Source of the DNA: Bacilli bacterium
Lineage (GTDB): Bacteria > Bacillota_I > Bacilli_A > RFN20 > CAG-826
NCBI GenBank assembly: GCA_024408655.1
Contig: JAKSUV010000002.1
Coordinates: 98,159 to 162,158 of the forward strand
Reading direction: 5' to 3'
DNA length: 64,000 nucleotides
Position numbers and translations under genes: made by a program. Each line of letters begins with the position of its first letter. The stretch's first letter is position 1. Positions 1 through 10,811 of the stretch are shown here, piece after piece. The notes below the pieces were generated by a model. That model worked only from the letters and a program-made list of their open reading frames with translations. It did not search any database and was not told the origin of the DNA.

Positions 1-924
1 ATTCTCTTTAATGGGATACACTAAATTTAGATGCGTCACAATAATCCGGTTACTCATAATTAATGAAGTATCATTACCTTTGGTAACATATACGATATTT
101 TTCTTAACATCTTTTTTAACCACGATCCAGCCTTCCGCGGCTTCGCCAGAAATCCCACCAATACCTAAGCCCTTTCGTTGACCAATCGTGTAATAAAAGG
201 CACCATGATGATGTCCAACGACACGGTTATTTTTAATATCAATGATTTTGCCTTCTTTCGCGGGAATATAGTTATTTAAAAATTCCCGGAAATGCCGTTC
301 ACCAATAAAACACACCCCAGTTGAGTCTTTTTTATTAGCGATGTTTAATTTTAATTTCCGCGCGATTTTTCGGACTTCCGTTTTATCAATATCGCCTAAT
401 GGAAATAAACACGCTTTAATTTGTTCTTCGTTAATTTGGCTTAAGAAATAAGTTTGATCTTTGTTACTATCAAAGGCCTTCGCTAAATAATAGTGTCCAC
501 CACGTTTGATGCGTTTAGCGTAATGGCCCATTGCAATTAAGGGGAAACCATTTTTCTTCGCGTACTTTAAGAAAGAATCAAACTTAATGTATTTATTACA
601 TAAAATATCAGGATTTGGTGTTCTACCTTCTTGATATTCTTTTAAGAAATAACTAAATACATAATCCCAATACTCTTTAATAAAATCCACGCGGAGTAAT
701 TTGATTTTTAAAATCTTCGCTGCTTTGAGGGCGTCTTGATAATCAACTTCTTGGGGACATTGATTGTTATTCACGGTTGGGTTACCAAGGTAATCGTTAT
801 TCGCTAAAGCGTCCCAGTTACGCATAAATGAGCCGACGACTTCGTAGCCTTGTTTTTTGAGTAAATAGGCGGCGACCGCACTATCAACGCCACCCGAAAA
901 ACCAACTAGCACTTTCTTTTTCAT
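1..924 (-). CDS. mnmA: tRNA-specific 2-thiouridylase MnmA (N-terminal ~308 aa; gene runs off the window's 5' edge)
   Basis: The reverse complement from 924 reads [34 protein letters not shown]..., the PP-loop SGGxDS N-terminus typical of MnmA. The frame stays open to position 1. Its ATG overlaps the dtd stop. Confidence 0.85.
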   Translation of the reverse strand, partial: MKKKVLVGFSGGVDSAVAAYLLKKQGYEVVGSFMRNWDALANNDYLGNPTVNNNQCPQEVDYQDALKAAKILKIKLLRVDFIKEYWDYVFSYFLKEYQEGRTPNPDILCNKYIKFDSFLKYAKKNGFPLIAMGHYAKRIKRGGHYYLAKAFDSNKDQTYFLSQINEEQIKACLFPLGDIDKTEVRKIARKLKLNIANKKDSTGVCFIGERHFREFLNNYIPAKEGKIIDIKNNRVVGHHHGAFYYTIGQRKGLGIGGISGEAAEGWIVVKKDVKKNIVYVTKGNDTSLIMSNRIIVTHLNLVYPIKEN

Positions 925-1376
925 TTCACAATGTCCTTACTATCAAGAAGGCTAGTAAACGGACCATCATTCACTAATGTAACTTGCATATCCGCGCCAA
1001 AGACACCGGTCTTAACGCCCTTTTTAAATTTACTATTTAAATTTTTAATAAATTCTTGGTAAAGTGGTTCACTCATGTGTCCTGGTAAAGCGTCAACAAA
1101 ACTTGGCCGCCGTCCTTCCTTAAAATTCGCGTAGAGAGTAAATTGTGAGACCACGAGAATCTCACCATCAATATCGTTAATCGATAAATTGGTTTTTCCG
1201 TTCGCATCATTAAATACCCGGATGGCTAAAAGTTTATCCGCCATTTTGTTAATGATGTTAATGTCATCGCCTTGAGTAAAACCAACCAAGACTAAAAAAC
1301 CCCGTTTAATACTCGAATATTCTTGATTATTAATATTAACGCTCGCGTGCGAGACGTTTTGCACAACTAATTTCAT
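921..1376 (-). CDS. dtd: D-aminoacyl-tRNA deacylase
   Basis: 151 aa with the SQFTL and NDGPFT motifs of Dtd. Its start overlaps the pdp stop by 1 nt. Confidence 0.9.
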   Translation of the reverse strand: MKLVVQNVSHASVNINNQEYSSIKRGFLVLVGFTQGDDINIINKMADKLLAIRVFNDANGKTNLSINDIDGEILVVSQFTLYANFKEGRRPSFVDALPGHMSEPLYQEFIKNLNSKFKKGVKTGVFGADMQVTLVNDGPFTSLLDSKDIVK

Positions 1377-2677
1377 TATTTAATATACTTGATAGCGATC
1401 TCCGGTTTCCGAATTTCCCACGACACAATTTTAAAGGCGCGACCAATGTCTTTTAAAATTGACTGATAGTCTTTTTTATTGGTATAAACTTCACAAAGTG
1501 GTTCACCCTTTTTCACGTGGTCTCCCACTTTCTTTTTTAAGATGATCCCCGCGGTATAGTCGATTTTATCACTCACTGATAAACGACCGGCGCCTAAATG
1601 CATCGCCGCTTCTCCAATCGTTAAAGCGGTAATCTCTTCAATATAGCCACTCTTCTTCGCTGTTAAAGTAATAACGTTTTTCGCAGTTTTAAATTTTTCG
1701 GGTGCATCTAAATAAGTTGTATCCCCACCTTGCGCCTTAATCCATTCTTTAAATTTTTGGAAGGCTTTTCCGTTTTTTAATTGTTTTTCGGCTAAGGCGT
1801 AGGCCGATGAAATATTTTTTGCAAGCTTGGCTTGAATGAGCATAATCGCCGCTGAGACTAAGCATAATTCGGTAAAGTCGCTTGGACCATGACCTTTTAA
1901 GGTCGCAATGACTTCTTTGACTTCAAGAATATTACCAACCGCAAAACCAAGTGGTTCACGCATATTAGTAATAAGCGCCCGGGTATCACGTTTAAAAGCT
2001 TTACCAATTCTTACTAATGTTTTCGCTAATTGTTCCGCATCCGGAAAAGTTTTCATGAAAGCGCCTGAACCCATTTTGACATCAAGGAAAATAGCGTCGG
2101 TTCCACTCGCTAGTTTTTTTGACATAATGCTACTAGCAATTAACGGGATGACATCAATGGTTGCGGTGACATCCCGAAGGGCGTATAACTTTTTATCCGC
2201 TGGTACCATATCAGAAGTTTGTCCAGTAATGGCCATTCCAATTTTAGCGATTTGGTGTTTAAATGTTTCTTCACTTAACGACACCTTCATGCCTGGAATC
2301 GCTTCAAGTTTATCAAGTGTTCCACCCGTGTGACCTAAACCACGTCCACTCATCATCGCGATTTTTGCGCCACTAGCAGCCACGAGCGGCACAAGCGCTA
2401 TGCTCGTCTTATCGCCAACTCCACCGGTTGAATGTTTATCAACTTTTATACCTTTGATTTTGCTTAAATCAATAATTTTGCCACTATGCATCATCGCATT
2501 AGTAAGCGCAACCGTCTCACTATGGTTCATCCCTTTTAGATAAATCGCCATTAATAAAGCGCTCGCGTGATAATCTTTTACGTTCCCCTTCACATATTGA
2601 TCAATAAAGTAATCAATTTCCTGTTTATTTAAGACGCGACCATCGCGCTTCTTAGCAATAATTTCAATGATGTCCAT
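1376..2677 (-). CDS. pdp: pyrimidine-nucleoside (thymidine) phosphorylase
   Basis: 433 aa. Carries HSTGGVGDKTS and the glycosyltransferase family 3 core with a C-terminal PYNP domain. Confidence 0.9.
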   Translation of the reverse strand: MDIIEIIAKKRDGRVLNKQEIDYFIDQYVKGNVKDYHASALLMAIYLKGMNHSETVALTNAMMHSGKIIDLSKIKGIKVDKHSTGGVGDKTSIALVPLVAASGAKIAMMSGRGLGHTGGTLDKLEAIPGMKVSLSEETFKHQIAKIGMAITGQTSDMVPADKKLYALRDVTATIDVIPLIASSIMSKKLASGTDAIFLDVKMGSGAFMKTFPDAEQLAKTLVRIGKAFKRDTRALITNMREPLGFAVGNILEVKEVIATLKGHGPSDFTELCLVSAAIMLIQAKLAKNISSAYALAEKQLKNGKAFQKFKEWIKAQGGDTTYLDAPEKFKTAKNVITLTAKKSGYIEEITALTIGEAAMHLGAGRLSVSDKIDYTAGIILKKKVGDHVKKGEPLCEVYTNKKDYQSILKDIGRAFKIVSWEIRKPEIAIKYIK

Positions 2678-2691
2678 GTAATGATTATAAC

Positions 2692-4554
2692 TTATTCAAG
2701 AACTTTTAGTGATTCGTTCATATCGGTTTTAATAATTTTTCGGCGTAATAATAAAGTCGCTAAGACCGCGAATAAACAAGTCACAATGGGTGCTAATAAA
2801 TAAGTCCACCAATTAACAAATTCAAAACCAAGAATTGGTACATCAATATAATGATAAACAAACGCCATAAAACCAACCCCAGCGGGAAGACCAAGAACCG
2901 CCCCCATAATCGTTAAAATATAAATCTCGCGGAAGATATAACCAGTCACTTCTTGATCAGTATAACCCGAGACCATGAGAGTGGCTATCTCTCGCGTGCG
3001 CTCACTAATATTAATATTGGTGATATTATAGACCACTAAAGCGCATAACGCACCTGAGAAAACGATTAAGATTAATGAGATAAAAAACAAGGCATCAAGT
3101 CCTTTATCGCGATTCGCAATTGTGCAATCAAGTAAACTAAAAGAAGCGTAGACTAAAATGGTTGAAGCCACAATTGATAAAACGGTCATTAATAGACGCG
3201 CTTTAAATAAGAACACATTCCGCCAGGTGGACTTAAATTTAAAGGACATTTTATTCCATAATTTTTTGCATCTTTCGAGAAGAATCATCTTCCCCACTTT
3301 AGGTGCTTTGTGGGTTAAAAGTTCTACCGGCTTAGCGTCCGCCATTTTGATACTCTTAATTAAAATTAAGGTTAAAGAACTAACTAAGACAATCGCGGCC
3401 ATAATAAAGAAAAATCTACCAACGATTGGGAAAGTAATGGCTTTCATTGCGTATTGAATTGTAAAGGCGTTTAAGATAACCGACGTGACTAAACGGGCGG
3501 GGGCAACACTAATCGCAATCCCAATAAGTCCAGCCACTAAACCGAAGATGACAAAGCGCATTCCGATGGCTAAATTAGAATAACCGAGTGTCTTTAAAGT
3601 CGCCGTCGAACTTCGCTGTTCATCAAGTAAACGCGACATCGTCGAATAAATAACTAAGATAGCAATAAGAATAAAGAAGATGATGAAGATTAATGCGATA
3701 TTACCGACCTTTGCGGCGTAAGAATTAAGCGAATATAGACTAAAGTTTTCGTAGAGCGATAATACGGTTGCTTGGTTATCTTTTACTGTCTGAAGATTGT
3801 TAATCTTATTGCGCGCTGTTTTAATTTGTGATTCGTATTTATTACTATAGCCTTCAAATGTTTTGCGAATTGGATCGTTTAGTTTGATGTTAAGTGCGCC
3901 ACCGATAGCTTTTAATATGTAAGAAGGCTGATCAAATTGCGTATCATAATAAAATACATCATCAATCCGTTCATTTTTGCCGGTTCCAGTATAATCACTT
4001 GGTTCTTTTTGCATCGCAACCATTGTCGGATTTTTAGCAATTCCAACAATCGTGGCCGAAAAAGTTTGGCCGCTTACTTCAAATTCAACGCTTTCATTAA
4101 GATCGTGTTTAATAATATCAACCGTTTCACGTTCAACTAAAATCTCACCTGCTTTTTCTGGCATGCGACCTTGTAGCAATGTTAAACGGTCAAGTGAATT
4201 TTCGTTTGAAAAATCGCGATAAATAACCCGTTTAGCAAACATGTCGCCATTTTCGCGTTCATCGGGAAAATCGACTGTGTAAAATATTTCAGTTTTTTCA
4301 ACATCTAATTCGTCCTTTTTGTTTTCAATCTCGCCCTTGATAGCCTCTACATCAGAGCCCCGAATGACGAAGTCATGAATCTCGTCTTCGTGATATGATG
4401 CATTAATACTTTTTTTAATATCAGTTTCAACATCGCCTAAACCCGAATCAAGGGCGACGGTAACGACAAAAATAGCGGCAATCGAGAGAAGCCGCACAAT
4501 GTGTTTTTTAAATAACCGCGCTGTCGATTTTAAATACGCTTTCTTAATTACCAT
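2692..4554 (-). CDS. ABC transporter permease, MacB/FtsX type with duplicated FtsX halves and one large extracytoplasmic domain
   Basis: 620 aa. Topology: N-terminal TM, ~250 aa hydrophilic domain, 3 TMs, then a second 4-TM FtsX-like half. Overlaps the upstream ATPase gene. Confidence 0.8.
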   Translation of the reverse strand: MVIKKAYLKSTARLFKKHIVRLLSIAAIFVVTVALDSGLGDVETDIKKSINASYHEDEIHDFVIRGSDVEAIKGEIENKKDELDVEKTEIFYTVDFPDERENGDMFAKRVIYRDFSNENSLDRLTLLQGRMPEKAGEILVERETVDIIKHDLNESVEFEVSGQTFSATIVGIAKNPTMVAMQKEPSDYTGTGKNERIDDVFYYDTQFDQPSYILKAIGGALNIKLNDPIRKTFEGYSNKYESQIKTARNKINNLQTVKDNQATVLSLYENFSLYSLNSYAAKVGNIALIFIIFFILIAILVIYSTMSRLLDEQRSSTATLKTLGYSNLAIGMRFVIFGLVAGLIGIAISVAPARLVTSVILNAFTIQYAMKAITFPIVGRFFFIMAAIVLVSSLTLILIKSIKMADAKPVELLTHKAPKVGKMILLERCKKLWNKMSFKFKSTWRNVFLFKARLLMTVLSIVASTILVYASFSLLDCTIANRDKGLDALFFISLILIVFSGALCALVVYNITNINISERTREIATLMVSGYTDQEVTGYIFREIYILTIMGAVLGLPAGVGFMAFVYHYIDVPILGFEFVNWWTYLLAPIVTCLFAVLATLLLRRKIIKTDMNESLKVLE

Positions 4555-5249
4555 TCAATGTCCTCGATAGGGATTGGCTTTTTATTCACAACGTTACTCA
4601 CAATTTCCCCGTTTTTAATTTCAATCACGCGGTCCGCCATCGCCTTTAAGGCACCGTTATGGGTAACCACAATGACTAATTTTTTCATCCGCCGAGAAAT
4701 ATTATGTAGTGTCCGTAAAATTCTTTTACCAGTCGCATAATCAAGCGCACCAGTTGGTTCATCACAAAGTAGCACTTTGGGATTTTTTGCAATCGCGCGG
4801 GCAATACTTACGCGTTGTTGTTCACCACCACTTAATTGGGCAGGAAAATGTTTCATCCGCTCCTTTAGACCGACGACTTCCAAAACTTCTTTTGGATTAA
4901 TCGCGTTGGGCGTAATTTCTGCGGCTAATTCTAGATTCTCTAAGGCGTTTAAATTCGGCATTAAGTTATAGAATTGAAAAACAAAACCGATGTCATAACG
5001 CCGGAGCATAGTTAATTCTTTTTTACTAAATTTCGTAACTTCTTTTTTATCTAAGATAATACTTCCACTCGTAGCTAAATCCATGCCACCTAATAAGTTA
5101 AGAAGAGTAGTTTTGCCCGCCCCAGAAGGACCGACAATCACCACAAATTCGCCGTTTTTAAGCGAGAAATTAACATTGTTAAGCGCACGAAAACTGCCCG
5201 CTTGAGAGTGGTATTCTTTCACGACATTTTTTAATTCTAAGAACGCCAT
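4548..5249 (-). CDS. ABC transporter ATP-binding protein (MacB/LolD-like)
   Basis: Walker A GPSGAGKT, signature LSGGEQQR, Walker B LLCDEPT. Start placed at the internal [13 protein letters not shown] (typical N-terminus); the ORF could extend to 5321. Confidence 0.8.
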   Translation of the reverse strand: MAFLELKNVVKEYHSQAGSFRALNNVNFSLKNGEFVVIVGPSGAGKTTLLNLLGGMDLATSGSIILDKKEVTKFSKKELTMLRRYDIGFVFQFYNLMPNLNALENLELAAEITPNAINPKEVLEVVGLKERMKHFPAQLSGGEQQRVSIARAIAKNPKVLLCDEPTGALDYATGKRILRTLHNISRRMKKLVIVVTHNGALKAMADRVIEIKNGEIVSNVVNKKPIPIEDIEW

Positions 5250-5296
5250 GGTAAGAAAGATAATAGCATAAGTGCTATATAAGTGAGTAATTTTTC

Positions 5297-6643
5297 TTAC
5301 CGAGAAGTTGGTGAGAGCCAATTTTTAATATTGTTAATATCTTCTTGCACAACATGAGCGATATTTTTTAAATATGCATCGGTTCCTTTTTTTAAAGCAT
5401 CTTTATCAGCGGCAAGTTTCTCTTCAACCGCCTGCTTAGAATCGAAGTTGTACCAGTCAATCTTCCCTAACTCGTCGATCGGATTTTCGCACATTAGACT
5501 ATAAAGATAACGATAAATACCAACATTCGCTAATGCATCGTATTTATCTTTTTGAGTTTCAATGTCAATGTTATAGTAATTGACAAATGTTTGCATAAAG
5601 TCAGTCACGATATCATCCACACCCACATCAGCGAGAATCTCTAAAAGCATAACGATAAAACCCGTCCGGTCTTTGCCTTCGTTACAATGAATATAGGCCG
5701 GATATTTTTTACCATACTGATCCCCTTCATAAGCGCGCTTAGCAAGGTAATGGAAAATCTCACCTACTGCTTCGGCGTTACGATGAGAACCTTCTTTATA
5801 GGTAAAAAAGTCCGCGGCTAACTCCGCCGGATAAAAAGTTTTTTTCTTTAAATCAGTAATTTCGCTTGAAGCGGTATATAGTCGATATGTGCAAGACTCG
5901 TGACAAATACGCCGCATTTTTAGATCATGCTCTTTCATCAAATTAGCAAGTTTATCATCAACACAGCAAAGTGAAACCTCGCTAACTTCGTCATAACTGC
6001 CAACCTCATCAACGATTTTTTGTAGCAAATAATCAGCGCTTACTTCGCGGTCATCCGGATTATCTTTCCCGTTAAAAGGAGAAGATCCACGATATAAAAC
6101 ACCTTCGGCAATTTTTTCGCCAATCTTACCAATCGTCGTAACATCACGAACGTTCGCATAGATACTATTATCTTCGCCGACTTCTTCATAACTAAGACGC
6201 TTTGGCACACTGACGAGTTCACGCTTTTCTTTAAAGCCGGCCTTCTTATTCATTTTAAAAACGGTTTGTTTACCAACCAATTTCTCACCGAGTTCTTTTG
6301 TTTTATTAATCGAGAAGCTTAATTCAAAATATTCATTGGCGCCTTCATAGTTACATAGACAAGGCGCGAAGTAACCAGTCTCGTTAAAATTCTTCACAAA
6401 CGCGGTATTAAAGACAGCGTCTTTTCCATGCCCATCAACGTCTTTAATCGTGACATCAATTAAATCATCGTATTCAAAACCGGCGGAAATAAAATCGTTA
6501 CAAGTAACATTAAAATCAATATTACCAAATGCGGGATTACTCACACTCCGCACGGTAGTTTTAAAAGTATCATTCGCGCAGCTTGATAAAGAAAACGCTA
6601 AGGGAATTAGGAAAGCCAAGCAAGTTTTCTTAATACTACGCAT
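5297..6643 (-). CDS. secreted lipoprotein with a C-terminal tyrosine-phosphatase (Y_phosphatase3-like) domain
   Basis: Signal peptide plus lipobox (LAFSLSS-C). The C-terminal half has the YRGSSP block and the CX5R P-loop HCNEGKDRTG. First gene of an operon with the ABC ATPase and permease. Confidence 0.7.
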   Translation of the reverse strand: MRSIKKTCLAFLIPLAFSLSSCANDTFKTTVRSVSNPAFGNIDFNVTCNDFISAGFEYDDLIDVTIKDVDGHGKDAVFNTAFVKNFNETGYFAPCLCNYEGANEYFELSFSINKTKELGEKLVGKQTVFKMNKKAGFKEKRELVSVPKRLSYEEVGEDNSIYANVRDVTTIGKIGEKIAEGVLYRGSSPFNGKDNPDDREVSADYLLQKIVDEVGSYDEVSEVSLCCVDDKLANLMKEHDLKMRRICHESCTYRLYTASSEITDLKKKTFYPAELAADFFTYKEGSHRNAEAVGEIFHYLAKRAYEGDQYGKKYPAYIHCNEGKDRTGFIVMLLEILADVGVDDIVTDFMQTFVNYYNIDIETQKDKYDALANVGIYRYLYSLMCENPIDELGKIDWYNFDSKQAVEEKLAADKDALKKGTDAYLKNIAHVVQEDINNIKNWLSPTSR

Positions 6644-6650
6644 ACGTTAA

Positions 6651-8150
6651 TTATTTAAAGTCGGTTTTATTCTTTTGAATAACGTCGTGAGCCCCGCCTT
6701 CCACAATCGCGGTGGCACTCACTAGCGTCAATGTCGCTTTCTTTTGTAATTCTTTAATTGTTAAAGCACCACAATTACACATCGTGGATTTTACTTTTTC
6801 TAAGGTCCGCCGAACGTTATCTTTTAAAGCGCCAGCGTAAGGCACATAAGAGTCAACGCCTTCTTCAAATTTTAGGGTTGCCTCTCCGCCTAAATCATAC
6901 CGTTGCCAGTTGCGGGCTCTTGCGCTTCCTTCGCCCCAATATTCTTTATAGAAAGTACCGTTGATATTCACTTTGCTACTTGGTGATTCATCAAAGCGCG
7001 CAAAGTAGCGACCAAGCATAACAAAGTCAGCGCCCATCGCTAAGGCAAGCGTAATATGGTGATCTAAAACGATACCACCATCACTACAAATTGGAATATA
7101 AATACCGGTCTTTTTATAATAAGCGTCCCGGGCTTTCGCCACTTCAATGACCGCCGTTGCTTGGCCACGGCCAATACCTTTTGTTTCACGAGTGATACAA
7201 ATCGAACCACCGCCAATCCCGATTTTAACAAAATCGGCACCCGCATCGGCTAAGAAACGGAAACCATCACCATCAACGACGTTACCTGCGCCAACCGGAA
7301 TCTTTGGATAATGCTTTTTAATCCATTGTAAGGTTTTCTTTTGGTATTCGGTAAAGCCTTCGCTACTATCGATGCAAAGAATGTCCGCCCCGGCTTTAAT
7401 AAGCGCTGGTACGCGCTCTTCGTAGTCACGGGTGTTAATGCCAGCTCCCACGATGTAGCGCTTATGGGCATCAAGATTTTCGTTTGGATTCTTTTTGTGT
7501 TCATCGTAGTCTTTCCGGAAAATTAAATATTTTAAGCGACCGGCTTTATCAAGTACGGGTAATTGATTAATTTTGTGTTCCCAGATGATATCGTTCGCTT
7601 TTGATAGGCTAATGCCGTCATGTCCCACCACTAATTTATTTGCTGGGGTCATAAACGATTTAACGGGTGTCGATAATTTCATTTTATCAAGCCGATAATC
7701 GCGACTAGTGATAAGACCAACTAATTTACCATTACTGGTGCCATCACTAGTGACCGCAATGGTTGAGTGACCAGTTTTCGTTTTTAAATTCACGACATCT
7801 TCTAAAGTCGAAGTCGCTTTTAAATTGGAGTCGCTTGGCACAAAGCCCGCTTTATAGGTTTTAACGTTTTTCACCATGCGCGCTTCGTTTTCGATTGATT
7901 GCGCACCAAAGATAAAGGAGATACCACCTTCTTTCGCTAAAGCGATTGCGAGCGTATCGCCACTCACCGATTGCATGATGGCGCTAGTCATTGGGATGTT
8001 CATCGTAATTTTTGGCGCTTCGCCTTTCTTAAAGCGTGTCACGGGTGTCACAAGTGAGACGTTGCTCGGAATATTTTTCTCATCGCTATAAGAAGGGATA
8101 AGTAAATATTCGTTAAAGGTGTGTGCTGGTTCGTTGATGATTTTAGCCAT
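6651..8150 (-). CDS. guaB: IMP dehydrogenase (with CBS pair)
   Basis: 499 aa. TIM-barrel IMPDH motifs [12 protein letters not shown] (catalytic Cys loop) and [23 protein letters not shown]. Confidence 0.85.
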   Translation of the reverse strand: MAKIINEPAHTFNEYLLIPSYSDEKNIPSNVSLVTPVTRFKKGEAPKITMNIPMTSAIMQSVSGDTLAIALAKEGGISFIFGAQSIENEARMVKNVKTYKAGFVPSDSNLKATSTLEDVVNLKTKTGHSTIAVTSDGTSNGKLVGLITSRDYRLDKMKLSTPVKSFMTPANKLVVGHDGISLSKANDIIWEHKINQLPVLDKAGRLKYLIFRKDYDEHKKNPNENLDAHKRYIVGAGINTRDYEERVPALIKAGADILCIDSSEGFTEYQKKTLQWIKKHYPKIPVGAGNVVDGDGFRFLADAGADFVKIGIGGGSICITRETKGIGRGQATAVIEVAKARDAYYKKTGIYIPICSDGGIVLDHHITLALAMGADFVMLGRYFARFDESPSSKVNINGTFYKEYWGEGSARARNWQRYDLGGEATLKFEEGVDSYVPYAGALKDNVRRTLEKVKSTMCNCGALTIKELQKKATLTLVSATAIVEGGAHDVIQKNKTDFK

Positions 8151-8171
8151 ATGTTTATCTCCTTTTATATT

Positions 8172-8194
8172 AAGAAAAACGCCCCGCAGGGCGT
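8172..8194 (-). terminator. rho-independent terminator downstream of the rubrerythrin gene
   Basis: Hairpin ACGCCC-cgca-GGGCGT followed, on the minus strand, by a T-run. Confidence 0.5.
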
Positions 8195-8206
8195 AAAACT
8201 TTCGTT

Positions 8207-8746
8207 TTAGTAATTAACCGCGCGAAGTTCGAAGTAAGATTGCGGATGGCGGCAGACGGGGCACATCTTGGGCGCCTCTTTACCGACATGAATATGTCCG
8301 CAGTTGCGGCACTTCCAGACGACGACGTCAGGGGCCACAAACACTTTATTCGTTTTTAAGTTATCAAGTAACTTCCGGTATCTTTCTTCGTGGACTTTTT
8401 CGATTTTGGCAACCCCTTCAAATTGGGCGGCGATTTCGTTAAAGCCTTCCTTCCGAGCCGTCTCGGCAAATCCTTTATACATGGAAGTCCATTCTTCGTT
8501 TTCACCATTCGCCGCATCAAGTAAATTATCCGCGGTGGTTGGGATATCGTTATTGTGTAAATGCTTAAACCAGAGTTTCGCGTGTTCTTTTTCGTTTTCC
8601 GCGGTCTCTAAGAAAATCGCCGCAATTTGTTCATAGCCCTCTTTCTTGGCTTTACTCGCATAATAAGTGTACTTATTACGAGCTTGCGATTCGCCGGCAA
8701 ACGCGAAAGCTAAATTCTTAGCCGTTTGACTGTTTTTTAAATCCAT
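8207..8746 (-). CDS. rbr: rubrerythrin
   Basis: 179 aa. Ferritin-like diiron EExxH motifs plus the C-terminal rubredoxin-like CxxC...CxxC (CRNCGH...CPVCRH). Confidence 0.9.
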   Translation of the reverse strand: MDLKNSQTAKNLAFAFAGESQARNKYTYYASKAKKEGYEQIAAIFLETAENEKEHAKLWFKHLHNNDIPTTADNLLDAANGENEEWTSMYKGFAETARKEGFNEIAAQFEGVAKIEKVHEERYRKLLDNLKTNKVFVAPDVVVWKCRNCGHIHVGKEAPKMCPVCRHPQSYFELRAVNY

Positions 8747-8767
8747 AAAAATCTCCTAATGTAAGTA

Positions 8768-9598
8768 TTATAAACTTTTAATTTTCTCCGTGTCAGTTTT
8801 TTGCACATATTGAATAAATTGATAACTATGATACTCCGTGACCGCTTGTTTCATTAGGCGGTACGCCTCATCGCGAAGATAGTTTTGGTTTTCTTTCACC
8901 TCAGCGTTATCTTTTGGATAGATTGGATCAGAAACCACTAAAGTGATGTAAGGATGTTTACGCGGATTTTTTCTTGCCCGATAGACCACCGTTGAAGTAA
9001 TAATAGGTTTATGAAGCATTGCGGGTAACATAAAACCAGCATTCGTAAACGGACGAATGTCGTTATAATACGGCCAAACATGCGCTTCTGGTAAAACGAT
9101 GATGAAACGATTTTTCTCAATATAATATTTATTCGCATCAAAGAACTTTTTCGTTTGGAAAAGATTATTAGGAGTAGGTAAACAACCAAGCATACTCACT
9201 AAAGTATTGAGACCTTTGAGCGAATAAACATCATTACTTGCAACAATATGACCGCGACGCGTTGGCGCGAGCATCACCTGGTTAATAAGAGCGTCGATAA
9301 TATCTTGGGAGTGATTACCATAGATAAAAAAGCCAGTGTGTTTAAGTTTTTTAACTGCGCTCTTATTAATAACTTTTACATGATATTTAATTTTTACAAT
9401 CAAATAAAAAAGCGGAATCGCAATCACGTGATAAATAAAACTGGCCACCAAACGATAAAGCCAATTCGTGTGAACATATTTAAATTCATCACTCACTTTA
9501 AAAGGCTTAGTCGGATTGTTCGCAAAATCATCCGTTAAGGGATTGGAATAATAAATAACTTTTTTATCTTTGTTTTTGATCATGCTTCTTCTTTTCAA
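8768..9598 (-). CDS. membrane-associated acyltransferase (LPLAT/PlsC-like)
   Basis: 276 aa. Has the GNHSQDIID block and an N-terminal TM. The start may be the internal MIKNK; the listed start overlaps the upstream GT4 gene. Confidence 0.55.
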   Translation of the reverse strand: MKRRSMIKNKDKKVIYYSNPLTDDFANNPTKPFKVSDEFKYVHTNWLYRLVASFIYHVIAIPLFYLIVKIKYHVKVINKSAVKKLKHTGFFIYGNHSQDIIDALINQVMLAPTRRGHIVASNDVYSLKGLNTLVSMLGCLPTPNNLFQTKKFFDANKYYIEKNRFIIVLPEAHVWPYYNDIRPFTNAGFMLPAMLHKPIITSTVVYRARKNPRKHPYITLVVSDPIYPKDNAEVKENQNYLRDEAYRLMKQAVTEYHSYQFIQYVQKTDTEKIKSL

Positions 9599-10724
9599 TT
9601 ACTTCAAAGAACATCTTTTCCATTTGTTCCATACAATATTCGCGGTCCATCTTTTTAATAAAGTCACGATATAGTAAAGCGTTTTCCGCTTTTTCTTTTG
9701 GATGATCAAACCAGTAATCAATCTTATTCGCTAAATCTTTCGCGTCATTGGCTTTAAATAAATTATGCGGCGTTAACGCAAAATTTTTGGTCGCACAACG
9801 TTCACCATTACTCACGACTGGGACAAGTCCACCCGCAATCGCTTCAAGCGCCGAGATCCCTTCAATCTCAATATTTGAAGGGTGGACATATAAATCACAC
9901 ATCCGAATCGTCCCCACAATTTGTCGGTGATCAAAGAATTGGAAAATCGGTGGATATTTTAATCCTTCTTTTTTCGCAAGTTTTTTAAGTGCCTTTTCTT
10001 GGGGCCCACGACCCGCAAAGATTAATTGGATTTTGTCGCGGTATTTTGAATATTTCAGTGCGCGAATTAAAACGCGGTGCGCTTTTTCTTTACAATATCG
10101 GCCCGAAAATAAAATTAAATAACGGTCTTTTAAATAGTCAGGCCGTTCCACCGGTTTTGGATAGAAGTCTTTACTAATCCCGTTACTAATAATGTAGCCC
10201 ACCGTTTCAAAACCAATGTTTTTCTCAAATTCGTCTTTAATAAATTGACTTGGGTAATGGATCGCATCAAGCATCGAATACATTCTTTTAAAGAAATAAC
10301 GATAAACTGCCCAGTTGGCAAGACGGACATTTTGCACAAAGAAATGGGAAGTAAAGTTTTCGGCTTGAACGTGGAACCCGGCGGTACAAGGAATGTTATA
10401 ACGTTTACAAATATAGGCGCTCCGTTTGCCTAAACCAAAGGGCATCATAATATGGACGATATCAGAGCCCTCAATCGCGCGCATTAGCACCATATCATCC
10501 CGCTTAGAGATCTTCACGCCATTATTTTCGACATAACCATTAAAGATACCAAAATCACGGGTGGGCACCACGTAAAAACCTTTCTTCATTTTTTTATCTT
10601 GGTCCGGACAGACGACATGCACCTGGTGACCTTTTTTTAACATGAAGTTAATTAAGTTATAAGCCGCGATGCTGGTGCCGTTATTCGGGTCACCAAGAAC
10701 ATCGCAAACGATGGTAATCTTCAT
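9564..10724 (-). CDS. GT4 glycosyltransferase, likely diacylglycerol glucosyl/glycosyltransferase (MGS/DGS-like glycolipid synthase)
   Basis: GT-B fold with EGISALEAIAGGLVPVVSNGE (EX7E). Start placed at MKITIVCDV; the longer ORF up to 10853 is a hydrophobic, unlikely extension. Confidence 0.7.
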   Translation of the reverse strand: MKITIVCDVLGDPNNGTSIAAYNLINFMLKKGHQVHVVCPDQDKKMKKGFYVVPTRDFGIFNGYVENNGVKISKRDDMVLMRAIEGSDIVHIMMPFGLGKRSAYICKRYNIPCTAGFHVQAENFTSHFFVQNVRLANWAVYRYFFKRMYSMLDAIHYPSQFIKDEFEKNIGFETVGYIISNGISKDFYPKPVERPDYLKDRYLILFSGRYCKEKAHRVLIRALKYSKYRDKIQLIFAGRGPQEKALKKLAKKEGLKYPPIFQFFDHRQIVGTIRMCDLYVHPSNIEIEGISALEAIAGGLVPVVSNGERCATKNFALTPHNLFKANDAKDLANKIDYWFDHPKEKAENALLYRDFIKKMDREYCMEQMEKMFFEVIEKKKHDQKQR

Positions 10725-10732
10725 AGTAAGCA

Positions 10733-10752
10733 TTTTATCATAAATGATAAAA
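10733..10752. promoter_or_regulatory. perfect 9-bp inverted repeat (TTTTATCAT-aa-ATGATAAAA), candidate operator in the GT4/araA divergent intergenic region
   Basis: Read directly from the sequence. Lies ~60 nt upstream of araA and abuts the GT4 start. Confidence 0.35.
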
Positions 10753-10811
10753 GAAAGATAAAAGAATAAACAAAAAGAAATGTTGTAAAATATCGGTAGC
10801 GAGGTTTTTTT

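Noticed and set aside
1908-2333. 141-aa + strand ORF inside the pdp gene (and similar antisense ORFs at 3158-3457, 3937-4140, 4558-4971, 6450-6650, 6758-6964, 7341-7526, 7876-8091, 8304-8636, 9248-9538, 9748-10433, 12689-12889, 17397-17597, 18345-18638, 23285-23470, 24600-24794, 28311-28493, 29384-29575, 33130-33366, 39882-40114, 41458-41643, 42113-42585, 45955-46167, 49593-49835, 51687-51908, 52196-52414, 53761-54009, 54968-55174, 57701-58097, 60708-60971, 61726-61944)
   Set aside because: All lie antisense to, and fully inside, well-supported longer genes. They have low-complexity or odd composition, no RBS and no recognisable motifs, so they are shadow ORFs.
6040-6222. Same-strand 60-aa ORF nested in the lipoprotein gene; also 7064-7504, 8938-9189, 10130-10339, 17494-17688, 20569-21063
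   Set aside because: These are alternative-frame ORFs inside longer conserved CDSs on the same strand. They have no support.
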